Below are positions 38,349-49,718 of a DNA stretch of 64,000 bases, in pieces. The notes beneath the pieces were generated by a model. The model saw only the letters and a program-made list of their open reading frames with translations. It did no database searches and was not told the DNA's origin. The DNA lies in the sequence record OQ828465.1; one strand, 5' to 3'. The number at the start of each line of letters is the position of its first letter. Within the stretch, counting starts at the first letter, position 1. Both the position numbers and the translations under genes were made by a program.

Positions 38349-39299
38349 ATGCGTAGATTCACTCTTAATCTGGCGGATAACCCGCGTGGACAAGATCCAC
38401 GAATAGGTTTCTTCAAAGCAGTTACAACAGCATATCCGGATTTAGGTTTATCTGAAGATAAGTCCATTATCGTAATGGTAATGGATAGTGCAACTATCGA
38501 TGAGCCTAATAGGGCATTTGTTCGTATTCAAAAAGATGCAACTAATAGTGCTGTTTATTACGACTTTCTTTATAATCGTTTTAATGTTAATGATTATATT
38601 AAAAATCCATATTGGACAGCATCGGAAGTAACGGTTGTTCAAGGATTAAAAAATAGCGAAGCTTTAGTTGCGTATGTTGCTAATAAAGCTAAATTAAATT
38701 TTACTGCTAGTGACATATGGTTAGAAATATCTAATATAACGTATACCGGTGGTAAGAAACAACCAAACTTTTTATTTAAAGCTATTGATTCATCACTATG
38801 GTGGAGAGGATGGTTAAATCTATGGTTACATTCAGGTGGTGATGTTGACCCTGATCCGCCGGACCCAGATCCAGATCCTGATCCAGAACCAACAGATGGC
38901 TATCAGATATTCCCGCAATTGCTTGTACCATTTACAATTACAGTTGATAATGAAACAGGTAAATTTGGTAATTGGATTTGTCCGCCTTATGATCAAGCTA
39001 TAGGTAGGCTATTGGTACTAATGCCTAAACCAGATGATGCTCAAATAGCAGAGTCACCTAAAGGTGTTATACTACCTTCTGGCAATAGCGAGAAACTTAA
39101 GGCTGGTGCTGAATATCGAATACTGAATTTAACTAATGAAGATGTTGATATAGCTACTGCTTATCAACAGAGTATCATTAGGCCAATGTATACAAGTACT
39201 GGTTTCTTACCTAATAATGGCTATACTCGATTTATCTGTTATAATGAAACAACTAAAGCGATGTATACACTTGGTCTGTCATGGTGGATGCAATCATGA
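38349..39299 (+). CDS. Two-domain structural/decoration protein with a PD-repeat linker (position of gp158)
   Basis: N-terminal gp126/143-like domain, GGDVDPDPPDPDPDPDPEP linker, beta-rich C-terminal domain. Confidence 0.7.
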   Translation: MRRFTLNLADNPRGQDPRIGFFKAVTTAYPDLGLSEDKSIIVMVMDSATIDEPNRAFVRIQKDATNSAVYYDFLYNRFNVNDYIKNPYWTASEVTVVQGLKNSEALVAYVANKAKLNFTASDIWLEISNITYTGGKKQPNFLFKAIDSSLWWRGWLNLWLHSGGDVDPDPPDPDPDPDPEPTDGYQIFPQLLVPFTITVDNETGKFGNWICPPYDQAIGRLLVLMPKPDDAQIAESPKGVILPSGNSEKLKAGAEYRILNLTNEDVDIATAYQQSIIRPMYTSTGFLPNNGYTRFICYNETTKAMYTLGLSWWMQS

Positions 39300-39700
39300 G
39301 CGAATTCTGTTATATCTACCCACCTATGAAAGTAATTGACACGTCTAAAGCAACTGGACGTAAGTTTGATATTGACTCAACTTATCTTAATGCGCACATT
39401 ATCGTTGAAGATCCTAATTATACTGATAATGATAATTCAGATAGTCCATTTATAGTAAATTTACCAGCTACTGCCTATGATACTAAAAAAGGTAAATATG
39501 TATTTACTATTGCCAATAAGACAAATGGATTATTGGTGATTCGTGCTTATGGTAATCGTTTAGTTGGTAACCGTTTATTCAAAGTTGACTGTCAATTAAA
39601 CAAAGGTGAGGCATGTGAATATAGAACGGTTTATGATTCATTAGAAAATGAATTATACTGGTCTATCGAAGGACGTGTAATGACGGATGTACAGGAGTAA
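39296..39700 (+). CDS. Hypothetical beta-rich protein (position of gp159)
   Basis: ATGA overlap with the previous stop; VNLPA..YVFTIANKTNG pattern resembles the gp158 C-terminal domain. Confidence 0.75.
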   Translation: MSEFCYIYPPMKVIDTSKATGRKFDIDSTYLNAHIIVEDPNYTDNDNSDSPFIVNLPATAYDTKKGKYVFTIANKTNGLLVIRAYGNRLVGNRLFKVDCQLNKGEACEYRTVYDSLENELYWSIEGRVMTDVQE

Positions 39701-39703
39701 ATC

Positions 39704-40177
39704 ATGGCAGATACATCAAAATGTGATAATTTCATTCCTGGTGCATTTTACACAACAATAAATAAATATCCATTAAAAATGAAACACCCTCTTTATGGAG
39801 ATGATGTTATTTATAATCTGTTAGATGTTAAAGATTATTTTGATACTAACATTATCTTTAAAGAAGAAGATGGATATGTATCATCACCAACAACACCTAC
39901 ATTTATTGGCACTGTTATTAAATATAATACATCATTGCCAAATGGATTTACTTTCGTATTGAGTTTCTATGAAAAAGATCCTATTAATGGCAAAGAGACT
40001 AGGGACTCATTAAGTTTTTGGGCACAAGACAAAGATGGTAAATTAGTTATACCTAGAGGTTTTCCATTTGAAGATGCTTCTGTGCGCGGTACGGTTGGAC
40101 AACGATTTATATTAGTCAGACCTAATGGCCAAACAACTGGTGATTATATTTGGGTTTGTCCTGGTCAAGCATTTTAA
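39704..40177 (+). CDS. Hypothetical protein (position of gp160)
   Basis: 157 aa; AGGAG RBS. Confidence 0.8.
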   Translation: MADTSKCDNFIPGAFYTTINKYPLKMKHPLYGDDVIYNLLDVKDYFDTNIIFKEEDGYVSSPTTPTFIGTVIKYNTSLPNGFTFVLSFYEKDPINGKETRDSLSFWAQDKDGKLVIPRGFPFEDASVRGTVGQRFILVRPNGQTTGDYIWVCPGQAF

Positions 40178-40182
40178 TTTAA

Positions 40183-40216
40183 AGCGGATCTGCTTTAAAG
40201 TGGATCCGCTATTATT
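40183..40216 (+). terminator. Hairpin AGCGGATC...GATCCGCT with A/T tail
   Basis: 8-bp outer stem just after the stop at 40177. Confidence 0.6.
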
Positions 40217-40251
40217 TCGTCTTAAAGTAACTATAGTGCTCAATTGAATGA

Positions 40252-40911
<660 letters not shown>

Positions 40912-40946
40912 CAACCTTATGAACTTTAATACTCCGGAGTTTTAAA

Positions 40947-42515
40947 ATGGCTAAGAAAAAAACAGTTCCCGCAATGGATTTCTTTGCAAGTCTTGAGCGC
41001 GTTTCTGATGCTGAAGATAAGAATGTCAATCTTGATGTTGGTAAAGAATTACCAGAACAATTAAAAGATGATGAAGATGGTAAAGTAAATCCATGTGATG
41101 AAGTTACCAATGTCGTTACCAATACCCCAATTGACGTATGCAAAGGTCCAGATGTTGATGGAGCTGCTGATAAGATCAATGATAAGAAGATTCATGTTAG
41201 TCAAGGGCTAAAAGAATTCCAAGTAGCTAAAGGTGATCGTGTTGAAAACGAAATCACTGAAACAGCTGATGAAATGATCACTAAAGTAAGTGATACTAAA
41301 GATCTTAATGTTAGTACCAAAAAACCACACCAAATTGCAGATGTCCCATCGAATGAAGACATTTCTATTATGGAAGCCAATGAGACTGAGCAGCTAGACC
41401 ATGGCTATGATGCCACCGCACTACTGGAAACTACTGAAGATATCATCACTGGTGAACTAGATGATCATCTAGAATCATTATCAGTTGAAATGTTTACAAT
41501 TGTAAATGAACTGACTAAAGTAGAATCTGTTCAAACTGCATTAGAAAACTATATTGGTTTAGTTAGTAACCGCCATCATCGCGGGCATGATGTCGATCAT
41601 GATCTAGCTAAAGCTATTAGCATCGCGCTAGAGTCATTTGACTATAAATATTTTAATAACACTGTGCCATCAATGGAATCCTTTATATCACCGCTAACTC
41701 GGCCTAAAGCTTCTATTGAAGTATTAGATAATCTACAAGCTAAAGCAAAAGAAGTATCTACTGTTGCATTAGATTTCATTAAGAAGCTAATTCGCATTGT
41801 TGTAGAAACTTATCAACGTATTCGCCAGAATGTCAGTAATCAAATAGAACGCGTTAATAAGATCATGAAACGCGTTAAAGAGAATGAACTACCCGATGAA
41901 GTTCGTACTATCGCAATTCCACGCGATCTGATTCTAGGTGACACTGGTGAGAGTTGGGTTGGTGTAGACCCTGTTCAGGGGGTTACTGTAATCCGTAATC
42001 TATTTGACAGCATTGAAAAGAATGGACTGCGTGCTCTTAAAGCAGCCTTAGCTGGAAAAACAACTGATGATAAAGCACTGGCTTTAGCTAAAGGTATGTT
42101 TGGAACAGCTACCAAAATTAATGCTAATGGTGTCCGATATGCTAGCCCGGTTGTGCCCGGTAATCGTGTTTATACCTTTGGTAAAGACAAAGCTGCGGTA
42201 GACTTCTCCATTCTTGATGCACCGGGTAAACCCAACTATGGAATTACTGTTGAACTATTAGTTGATAAGAATGTTGTTATGGCTCAGCTAAAAGCAGTTC
42301 ATAACCTCCTAAATCATCTAAATAATATTCGCGGTATCTCTAAAGAGTCAACTGCTGAAATCATTGCACAGATGACTGATAAAGAAGCAACCAATGTTGG
42401 TAAGGCTTATCTAACTGGCACCACTGAAGCTAGTAATGATCTGTTTAAATGTGTGATGATCTGGATCACCGTACTTGAGAAACTAGTTGATAGTGAAATC
42501 AAGGAAACTGAATAG
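40947..42515 (+). CDS. gp162: Inner-head (inner body/ejection) protein with an acidic propeptide
   Basis: 522 aa; several S/A-x-E sites (ASLE, SVE, ALE, SME); LAKAISIALESFD motif shared with gp163. Confidence 0.75.
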   Translation: MAKKKTVPAMDFFASLERVSDAEDKNVNLDVGKELPEQLKDDEDGKVNPCDEVTNVVTNTPIDVCKGPDVDGAADKINDKKIHVSQGLKEFQVAKGDRVENEITETADEMITKVSDTKDLNVSTKKPHQIADVPSNEDISIMEANETEQLDHGYDATALLETTEDIITGELDDHLESLSVEMFTIVNELTKVESVQTALENYIGLVSNRHHRGHDVDHDLAKAISIALESFDYKYFNNTVPSMESFISPLTRPKASIEVLDNLQAKAKEVSTVALDFIKKLIRIVVETYQRIRQNVSNQIERVNKIMKRVKENELPDEVRTIAIPRDLILGDTGESWVGVDPVQGVTVIRNLFDSIEKNGLRALKAALAGKTTDDKALALAKGMFGTATKINANGVRYASPVVPGNRVYTFGKDKAAVDFSILDAPGKPNYGITVELLVDKNVVMAQLKAVHNLLNHLNNIRGISKESTAEIIAQMTDKEATNVGKAYLTGTTEASNDLFKCVMIWITVLEKLVDSEIKETE

Positions 42516-42524
42516 GTAAACATA

Positions 42525-43712
42525 ATGTCCACATATGCAGAACTATTAATTACCAATAATGAACTCAAAGAGGCTATTGTTTCTGTTGAAGCATATCGCC
42601 ATCGATTAGCTCGTTATCAAGATCTGCTAGATGGACGTGACGTAGCATCTGAAGACCTGTCTAAAGCGATGTCATTTGCTTTAGAAAGTATCGATCCCGC
42701 CTTCTCCATAAAAGAAGGCGGTATAATTACACTACGTGCTTTAAAAGATGCATTAGTTCGAGCTGCTAAGGCTGCACGAGATATTGTGCGGATGGTAATC
42801 GAAACACTCACGGCATTCTACGTCAAGTTTACTGGCAGTATTTCACATGTGCGTAAAACACAGCAAAAATTATCTAGGCGACTTGCAAAACTAGGTAATC
42901 GTACGACTAATACTCGATTGACTGTTTCTGGTTTACAGCGATTATCTATTAACGGTGAATTCATTGGTGATCGACCAGATAATCTTTTAGATATCAAAGA
43001 AGTCACTAATTATATTTTAATGACTTATCCTAAAATGACTTCTAATATTGCTCGAAATATTAGTAGACAAGCATTGAATATCTTAGATAATCAAGGCGAA
43101 GATACCACTACAGAAATCATTGATGAGTTATTACAATCTTTTGCCGATATAGTGCGTCGTGATTTTAAAGCGCCGCCAGGGGATGAGCCATTAAAGAAAG
43201 GTGAGACTACTTCTACTGGTACCCATAGAAGTTATATTTTACCAGCTAATCGTGCATTTGTTTATACTGATGCTGACCATATAGCTACATCAGTTACTAA
43301 TAAACAATCTGCACTAGAAATGGTTCGCAATACATTTACAATGGAATTTACAGAGTTACAAATCAATGCAATTGATAGCACTGAACGAGATATAGAAGTA
43401 CCTTCTGTAACTACGCTAAGTGATATTGTAACTGGTATTGCTAATATTTTAACGATCGCTGAACGTGCTAAACAAGGCGAAGTAGAATATAAAACAGTTA
43501 AGGTAGTTGTAGATGATTCAATTCGACAGCTAGCTGAACGTAGTGAGTTATTGGGAAGGGCAAATGGCGAGGCAATTAATATGCTCGCTGAGATATCCCG
43601 AAAATTAGCAGAACCTGTTGGTAACTACACCCATTGGTTAGCAGTAACTCTTAAAGTCTGGTTAACATTTGTTAGTCACTGCATTACTCATTATGAGAAT
43701 GAAGGTATTTAA
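42525..43712 (+). CDS. gp163: Inner-head protein, gp162 paralogue
   Basis: 395 aa; LSKAMSFALESID motif. Confidence 0.75.
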   Translation: MSTYAELLITNNELKEAIVSVEAYRHRLARYQDLLDGRDVASEDLSKAMSFALESIDPAFSIKEGGIITLRALKDALVRAAKAARDIVRMVIETLTAFYVKFTGSISHVRKTQQKLSRRLAKLGNRTTNTRLTVSGLQRLSINGEFIGDRPDNLLDIKEVTNYILMTYPKMTSNIARNISRQALNILDNQGEDTTTEIIDELLQSFADIVRRDFKAPPGDEPLKKGETTSTGTHRSYILPANRAFVYTDADHIATSVTNKQSALEMVRNTFTMEFTELQINAIDSTERDIEVPSVTTLSDIVTGIANILTIAERAKQGEVEYKTVKVVVDDSIRQLAERSELLGRANGEAINMLAEISRKLAEPVGNYTHWLAVTLKVWLTFVSHCITHYENEGI

Positions 43713-43747
43713 CAGCATAAGCCCTCCCATAGTGGGAGGGCATTATG
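43711..43747. terminator. Bidirectional element AACAGCATAA-GCCCTCCCA-TAG-TGGGAGGGC-ATTATG
   Basis: Between convergent stops 43712 and 43752. Confidence 0.8.
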
Positions 43748-43751
43748 TTCT

Positions 43752-44924
<1,173 letters not shown>

Positions 44925-44973
44925 TTACTAGGGTTATTAACTCTATAGAGTAAGACATTATTAAGGGTTAATC

Positions 44974-47466
44974 ATGCAGATCAAGCTACTTAAGCTAATT
45001 GGCTATACTAGGTTGATGGCCAATAATACACATTATTTTGAATGGACTCCAAGCAAACAGATGATGGTTATACTTGGTAGTAATGGTTCTGGCAAATCAT
45101 CTATTATTAGTGAACTGACACCTGTTGTATCTAGCAGTTCAAACTTCAAGCAAGGTGGCGAGAAACATTTCCATTGTCATGCAAATGGTAAAGACTATAA
45201 ATTAATTTCTAAATATAACCGTGGCACTGGACATCATTCCTTTTTATGTAATGATGAAGAATTAAATAGTGGTCATACCTTTAAAGAACAAGAAGAACTT
45301 GTAATGGCGCATTTCGGGTTAAACCGAGAACTGCATGAAATGTTGACAGGTAAGATGCGTTTTACAAAGTTAAAACCTAATGAACGTAAAGCATGGTTAA
45401 CTAGAATGTCTGTAGTTAACCTTGATTATGCATTTAATGTTTATAACAAAGTACGTAAAGAATTGTCTAACCAGCAAGGTACTGTTAAAACAATTAATAA
45501 GCGATTGGTCACAGAACACCATGGGGTATTGAATGATTCAGAAATGACACAGTTGAAAGAAGTGAAACAACGGTTAGTTAGTCGTATTGATTTACTTTAT
45601 AAAACACGTGATAAGAAAGGTGTCCTTCATTTTAGAGATGAAACCACTGCACGTAAAGAATTAGATTCTATCTTAGATGAAGCTCGTTCATTGTTAATGT
45701 CATTTCCAATGTTACCTATTCAAGTTAAAGTAGATGGGTATGAATCTTTCTTAGAACTAAATAATAAGAAGATTGAAGAATATAAATCTATACAAGCAGT
45801 TATTGCACGTTTAGTTGAAGAATTAGAAGAATTAAAAAGCTCTAATCCGAATACAGCTGAACGTATGTCTCCAGAAGAAATACAAGAACTTAAGGACAGA
45901 CATGAACATCATACACGCATTGCTGAAGAAGCTATTAGTAAATATAAGAAGTATACCGGTAGATTTCCTTTGGTTGACATTTCTGTTAACGGTGATCCAT
46001 CTGGTAAACTTACTGATCTCTCAGATCGTTGGATCAAACTTCTCACTACATTTCCTAATAATGAGAATGGTTACTTAAGTAAAGAAACTGCTATTAAAAA
46101 TGCAGAAAGGCTAAAAGAATTAAAAAGTAAATATTCAACCATGGAAGGCATGTATTTACAAATTAATCAACGCCTAAATTCATTTAAGGAATGTGCATCT
46201 ATTATTTGTCCATCGTGCACTCATTCATTTAAACCTGGTGTTAGTGAACAAGATATCACAATAGCAGAAGAGCGCAAAGCTAAGTTAGACGAAGCAATGG
46301 ATAGCTGTTCAAATGAGATCAAGGTTCTTGAACAGTACATGACTGATTTCAATGAATATGTAAGTTATGTACATGGCTACGTTCAATTAACGAAAGAGTA
46401 TAATGAATTTGATACGCTATGGAACTATGTAGCTGAGCATATCGTAATGTATCGCACACCAGCAAAATATATAAATGATGCATTAGACTGGCGAGATGCA
46501 ATGCAGCAACTCATTGTCTCTAAGCAAGCTCATGCGGAAGCTACTTTATTAGCTCAACGACTACGTGTTATTGCTGAGATGGATCAAGATGCATTAGGAT
46601 TCATTAAGGCACGTACAACTGCACTAGAAACTGAAATTAATAATAAAACACATGTAGCAACTGACTTACAAAGAAAAGCAGCTCATTTCAATAAAGCTGG
46701 TAATGCTATTCGTGAATGGGAAGATAAGTATCATTCTTTTATTGAACGGTGGGAGCAGTTTATTAAAAAGATAGTGGATACAGCTGACAACTTTGTAGAT
46801 AAGGCATACCAAGCGGAGATTGATGCTGTTAACTTAGAACTATCTAGTGTACATAGCCGTTTAAGTGAAATGGAACGTCATGAAGAACGTATTAAAGTTT
46901 TAGAATCAGAAGTTAACCATGCACAACAAATGGCTACTGATTTAGCTATTCTTGAAAAAGCACTATCGCCAAAAAGTGGTATTCTTGGTCGTTATTTATT
47001 AGGTTTCTTACAAGGAGTAGTTAAACTAGTAAATGCATACATCAATGAGATTTGGACTTATAGGTTAGAAGTATTACCTTCTAATGTTGACAAAGATGGC
47101 ATGGATTATAAGTTCCCAATGCATATTGCAGGTGGCGATGTTCAGCCACCGGACATTGAATACGGGTCTGACTCACAATTAGAGATTGTTGATTTTGCTT
47201 TTAGAATGGCTATCTTGAAATTTTTACATCTAGATGACATGCCCCTTTTCTTAGATGAATTTAGCAGGACTTTTGATGAACAACATCGAGCCAATGCTAT
47301 TCCATTCATTAACAGGTTAATTGAAAATGGCATTGTTAATCAAGTGTTCTTCATCAGCCACTTTGAATCAACACACGGTGCATTTAACCAAGCTGAATTT
47401 ATTGTACTTGATCCAGCTAATATTAGTACTCCAGAAGTATTTAATAAAAATCTAGTATTAAAATAA
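44974..47466 (+). CDS. gp165: SbcC/Rad50-like ATPase
   Basis: Walker A GSNGSGKS, long coiled-coils, CPSC zinc hook, Walker B LFLDE, ISH switch. Confidence 0.92.
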   Translation: MQIKLLKLIGYTRLMANNTHYFEWTPSKQMMVILGSNGSGKSSIISELTPVVSSSSNFKQGGEKHFHCHANGKDYKLISKYNRGTGHHSFLCNDEELNSGHTFKEQEELVMAHFGLNRELHEMLTGKMRFTKLKPNERKAWLTRMSVVNLDYAFNVYNKVRKELSNQQGTVKTINKRLVTEHHGVLNDSEMTQLKEVKQRLVSRIDLLYKTRDKKGVLHFRDETTARKELDSILDEARSLLMSFPMLPIQVKVDGYESFLELNNKKIEEYKSIQAVIARLVEELEELKSSNPNTAERMSPEEIQELKDRHEHHTRIAEEAISKYKKYTGRFPLVDISVNGDPSGKLTDLSDRWIKLLTTFPNNENGYLSKETAIKNAERLKELKSKYSTMEGMYLQINQRLNSFKECASIICPSCTHSFKPGVSEQDITIAEERKAKLDEAMDSCSNEIKVLEQYMTDFNEYVSYVHGYVQLTKEYNEFDTLWNYVAEHIVMYRTPAKYINDALDWRDAMQQLIVSKQAHAEATLLAQRLRVIAEMDQDALGFIKARTTALETEINNKTHVATDLQRKAAHFNKAGNAIREWEDKYHSFIERWEQFIKKIVDTADNFVDKAYQAEIDAVNLELSSVHSRLSEMERHEERIKVLESEVNHAQQMATDLAILEKALSPKSGILGRYLLGFLQGVVKLVNAYINEIWTYRLEVLPSNVDKDGMDYKFPMHIAGGDVQPPDIEYGSDSQLEIVDFAFRMAILKFLHLDDMPLFLDEFSRTFDEQHRANAIPFINRLIENGIVNQVFFISHFESTHGAFNQAEFIVLDPANISTPEVFNKNLVLK

Positions 47467-47476
47467 TTATAAGCAA

Positions 47477-47508
47477 CATAAGCCCTCCCGCAATGGGAGG
47501 GCATTATA
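47477..47508. terminator. Bidirectional element CATAA-GCCCTCCC-GCAAT-GGGAGGGC-ATTATA
   Basis: Between the SbcC stop 47466 and the convergent small-ORF stop 47509. Confidence 0.8.
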
Positions 47509-47685
47509 TTAGTAACTATCTTTATAAGTGCTATTAAGTGAAACACTTTCAAAACTCTTTTTATTTTTATCAGCCTCAACAAAGTCTTTACCAACTGATT
47601 GTGGTACACCAACTTTCTTAGCAAACTTCTTATCATTGGCTACAGCAGCCATGAAGTTATGTTGTTTTTTACTTTTACTAGGCAT
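47509..47685 (-). CDS. 58-aa basic protein MPSKSKKQHNFMAAVANDKKFAKKVGVPQSVGKDFVEADKNKKSFESVSLNSTYKDSY (below the ORF-track cutoff)
   Basis: Hand-translated; AGAGGA RBS; stop abuts the bidirectional hairpin; resembles a widespread small phage protein family as recalled. Confidence 0.75.
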   Translation of the reverse strand: MPSKSKKQHNFMAAVANDKKFAKKVGVPQSVGKDFVEADKNKKSFESVSLNSTYKDSY

Positions 47686-47711
47686 CGTATATTCCTCTAA
47701 GTTTTCACAAC

Positions 47712-47742
47712 TACACTAAAAAATAATTAAGATATATATTAC
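47712..47742 (+). promoter_or_regulatory. Early (virion-RNAP) promoter TACACTAAAAAATAATTAAGATATATATTAC
   Basis: Ends in TATTAC, the recalled phiKZ early core; 27 of 31 identical to 48228-48258. Confidence 0.75.
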
Positions 47743-47776
47743 TACTATGCATACAATATCTTAAGAGGTTAATGAC

Positions 47777-48172
47777 ATGTTTAATCAACAATATAATCCA
47801 AATAGTTCAGCTAAGGTAATGGAGACATTACATGCCTGTGCTAAACTTATTAAGGAAATGTTTTATTATAATGATCAATATGTTCAAGTAGAATCGGCTT
47901 ATACAGATGATCCAATCCAAGCATCCATTGAAACAGTAAATGATGGGTATTACAGATTAGTTATTCAAGACACCACACCAGATAGTACGTGGCCAGTGTG
48001 GGCAGTTGTTTTTATCAGACAACGTGGTGGAGATATTAAGTGTCTCCATATTATCAATCGTATTACTGGAGTATCTGCAAATATAGATACGCAATTCAAC
48101 TGTGATTCTTTTTACTCTGTTATTGATTTACTATTAGATCATTATCGAGTATTAACTTCGATGGAATACTGA
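47777..48172 (+). CDS. Early hypothetical protein
   Basis: 131 aa; AGAGG RBS; behind an early promoter and followed by a hairpin. Confidence 0.8.
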   Translation: MFNQQYNPNSSAKVMETLHACAKLIKEMFYYNDQYVQVESAYTDDPIQASIETVNDGYYRLVIQDTTPDSTWPVWAVVFIRQRGGDIKCLHIINRITGVSANIDTQFNCDSFYSVIDLLLDHYRVLTSMEY

Positions 48173-48176
48173 TATA

Positions 48177-48210
48177 CATATTACCCTCTCCTTCGGGAGG
48201 GGGTTTATAT
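48177..48210 (+). terminator. Hairpin ACCCTCTCC-TTCG-GGAGGGGGT-TTATAT
   Basis: UUCG hairpin right after the stop at 48172. Confidence 0.75.
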
Positions 48211-48227
48211 CGCATTAATTTTTTTAT

Positions 48228-48258
48228 TACACTAAAAAAAGTTTAAGATCTATATTAC
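48228..48258 (+). promoter_or_regulatory. Early promoter TACACTAAAAAAAGTTTAAGATCTATATTAC
   Basis: Near-duplicate of 47712-47742. Confidence 0.75.
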
Positions 48259-48313
48259 AGACATGTATCTATATTGGATACTTATTAAAACTTAATGATT
48301 AGGAAAATAGAAA

Positions 48314-48520
48314 ATGAAAGTACTAAAGATCGCAGCTGCAATTATCTCAACTGGTGCCCTCGCTGTTGCCGCTATTAATCTATATAAGGCCGTTTCTAAA
48401 TCAACCGTTATTGATGACACCGTAGCTGATGATGATACGGTACTAGACAGTGAAGTAGATATTCTAACTGATGAGCTAGATAAAATCGATATTGATGATA
48501 GTGCTCAACAAGTCGATTAA
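48314..48520 (+). CDS. Early 68-aa protein: N-terminal hydrophobic anchor and very acidic tail
   Basis: IAAAIISTGALAVAAINLY followed by a D/E-rich tail; AGGA RBS. Confidence 0.75.
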   Translation: MKVLKIAAAIISTGALAVAAINLYKAVSKSTVIDDTVADDDTVLDSEVDILTDELDKIDIDDSAQQVD

Positions 48521-48538
48521 ATAATAGGGTTATCGCTA

Positions 48539-48967
48539 ATGGCGGCATTCACTTTAGCAAACTTAATGGGTGAGCTAAAGAAGAGTTCCGTCATTGACTT
48601 ATTCAACGATGGAAAGGTCAAGGCAGAACTCTATCCAGCTCATATGACATATATGGGTAGTGTGGTTGACTTACATCGTGTAGGCGATACATTCAGCTTC
48701 TATGTTGCAGATGGACATGGAGGCGTCACACGCTATCCATGTAGTAATCAGATTCTTGAATCGATAACATTAGAACCAGATGTTTATTATAAGTTAACTG
48801 GTAAAAAAGTTATTGAGAAAAGAATTGAATTACCAGCTGTTACAGTACCAATTGAAGAACCCGCTAAGCGCATGCCGCTGGAAACAATCACATCAGTTGC
48901 TGTTATTGGCGGGTTTATTTTGTACGTTGGTACACGGTTTTATAAAGCATGTAAAAAATTAAAATAA
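48539..48967 (+). CDS. Early protein with a C-terminal TM anchor
   Basis: 142 aa; TITSVAVIGGFILYVGT followed by a basic tail. Confidence 0.75.
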   Translation: MAAFTLANLMGELKKSSVIDLFNDGKVKAELYPAHMTYMGSVVDLHRVGDTFSFYVADGHGGVTRYPCSNQILESITLEPDVYYKLTGKKVIEKRIELPAVTVPIEEPAKRMPLETITSVAVIGGFILYVGTRFYKACKKLK

Positions 48968-48974
48968 TACGGTC

Positions 48975-49673
48975 ATGCAGTATACTTTAGGTACAATAAC
49001 CCTAGAGGAAACTGCAATGGCCGTATTAGACCGTCAATTTAATATTCGTTTAAATGGTGCTGATTTAGATAAACAAAAGCGAATTATTAAAGAAATTTAT
49101 ACCAGGATTGCAAATGTGAATAACACAGTAATCAATGGTACTACTGTAAGACTGATTTTATTTGTTAAAGCTAATGGCCAAGTGGCTACTGGAAGCGATG
49201 CTATTAAACTAATCAACGATGCAGAAACTAATCTACAGGCGTGGGTTCTTTCTAATCGCTTTATCTTTAAATGGATGTTTAGCCATGCTAGTGATTTTGG
49301 TGCAATCTCTTCCAATTTTGAAGAAGTTTCACCAGGTGTTTATGATTGGAGTAAACGCCGTAGCTTTAATAAAGAATTTGATGATGAGCTAGCTAAAGCA
49401 AAAGAACGAAAACTAATTCGTCAAAATAAACCTACTCTATTTAAAACTATTAAGAAAGTAGGTAAAGCTGCATATGAAACTATTTCAGATAACTCAACTG
49501 CAATCGTAAGTTTAACTGCTATTGGACTATTAGCTCTTAAAGTAACATCTGATCATAATCAAGTTATTAACCAAATGAATGTTATTAAGAAATCAATTGG
49601 TAATATTGAGCTACCACCTGTTGAAGTAATCGTAAATACAGTTGGTGATGTATTAGATATCGATTTGTATTAA
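48975..49673 (+). CDS. Early protein with a near-C-terminal hydrophobic segment
   Basis: 232 aa; TAIVSLTAIGLLAL segment. Confidence 0.75.
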   Translation: MQYTLGTITLEETAMAVLDRQFNIRLNGADLDKQKRIIKEIYTRIANVNNTVINGTTVRLILFVKANGQVATGSDAIKLINDAETNLQAWVLSNRFIFKWMFSHASDFGAISSNFEEVSPGVYDWSKRRSFNKEFDDELAKAKERKLIRQNKPTLFKTIKKVGKAAYETISDNSTAIVSLTAIGLLALKVTSDHNQVINQMNVIKKSIGNIELPPVEVIVNTVGDVLDIDLY

Positions 49674-49676
49674 GTG

Positions 49677-49709
49677 CATAACGCCCTCCCATTACGGGAG
49701 GGCTATATG
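49677..49709. terminator. Bidirectional element CATAAC-GCCCTCCC-ATTAC-GGGAGGGC-TATATG
   Basis: Between convergent stops 49673 and 49719. Confidence 0.8.
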
Positions 49710-49718
49710 TCGTTAATA

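Noticed and set aside
38840-38897. PD-coding microsatellite (and GATCCA repeats in the portal near 7740) as phase-variation loci
   Set aside because: Degenerate in-frame hexamer repeats encoding linkers; slippage would keep the frame.
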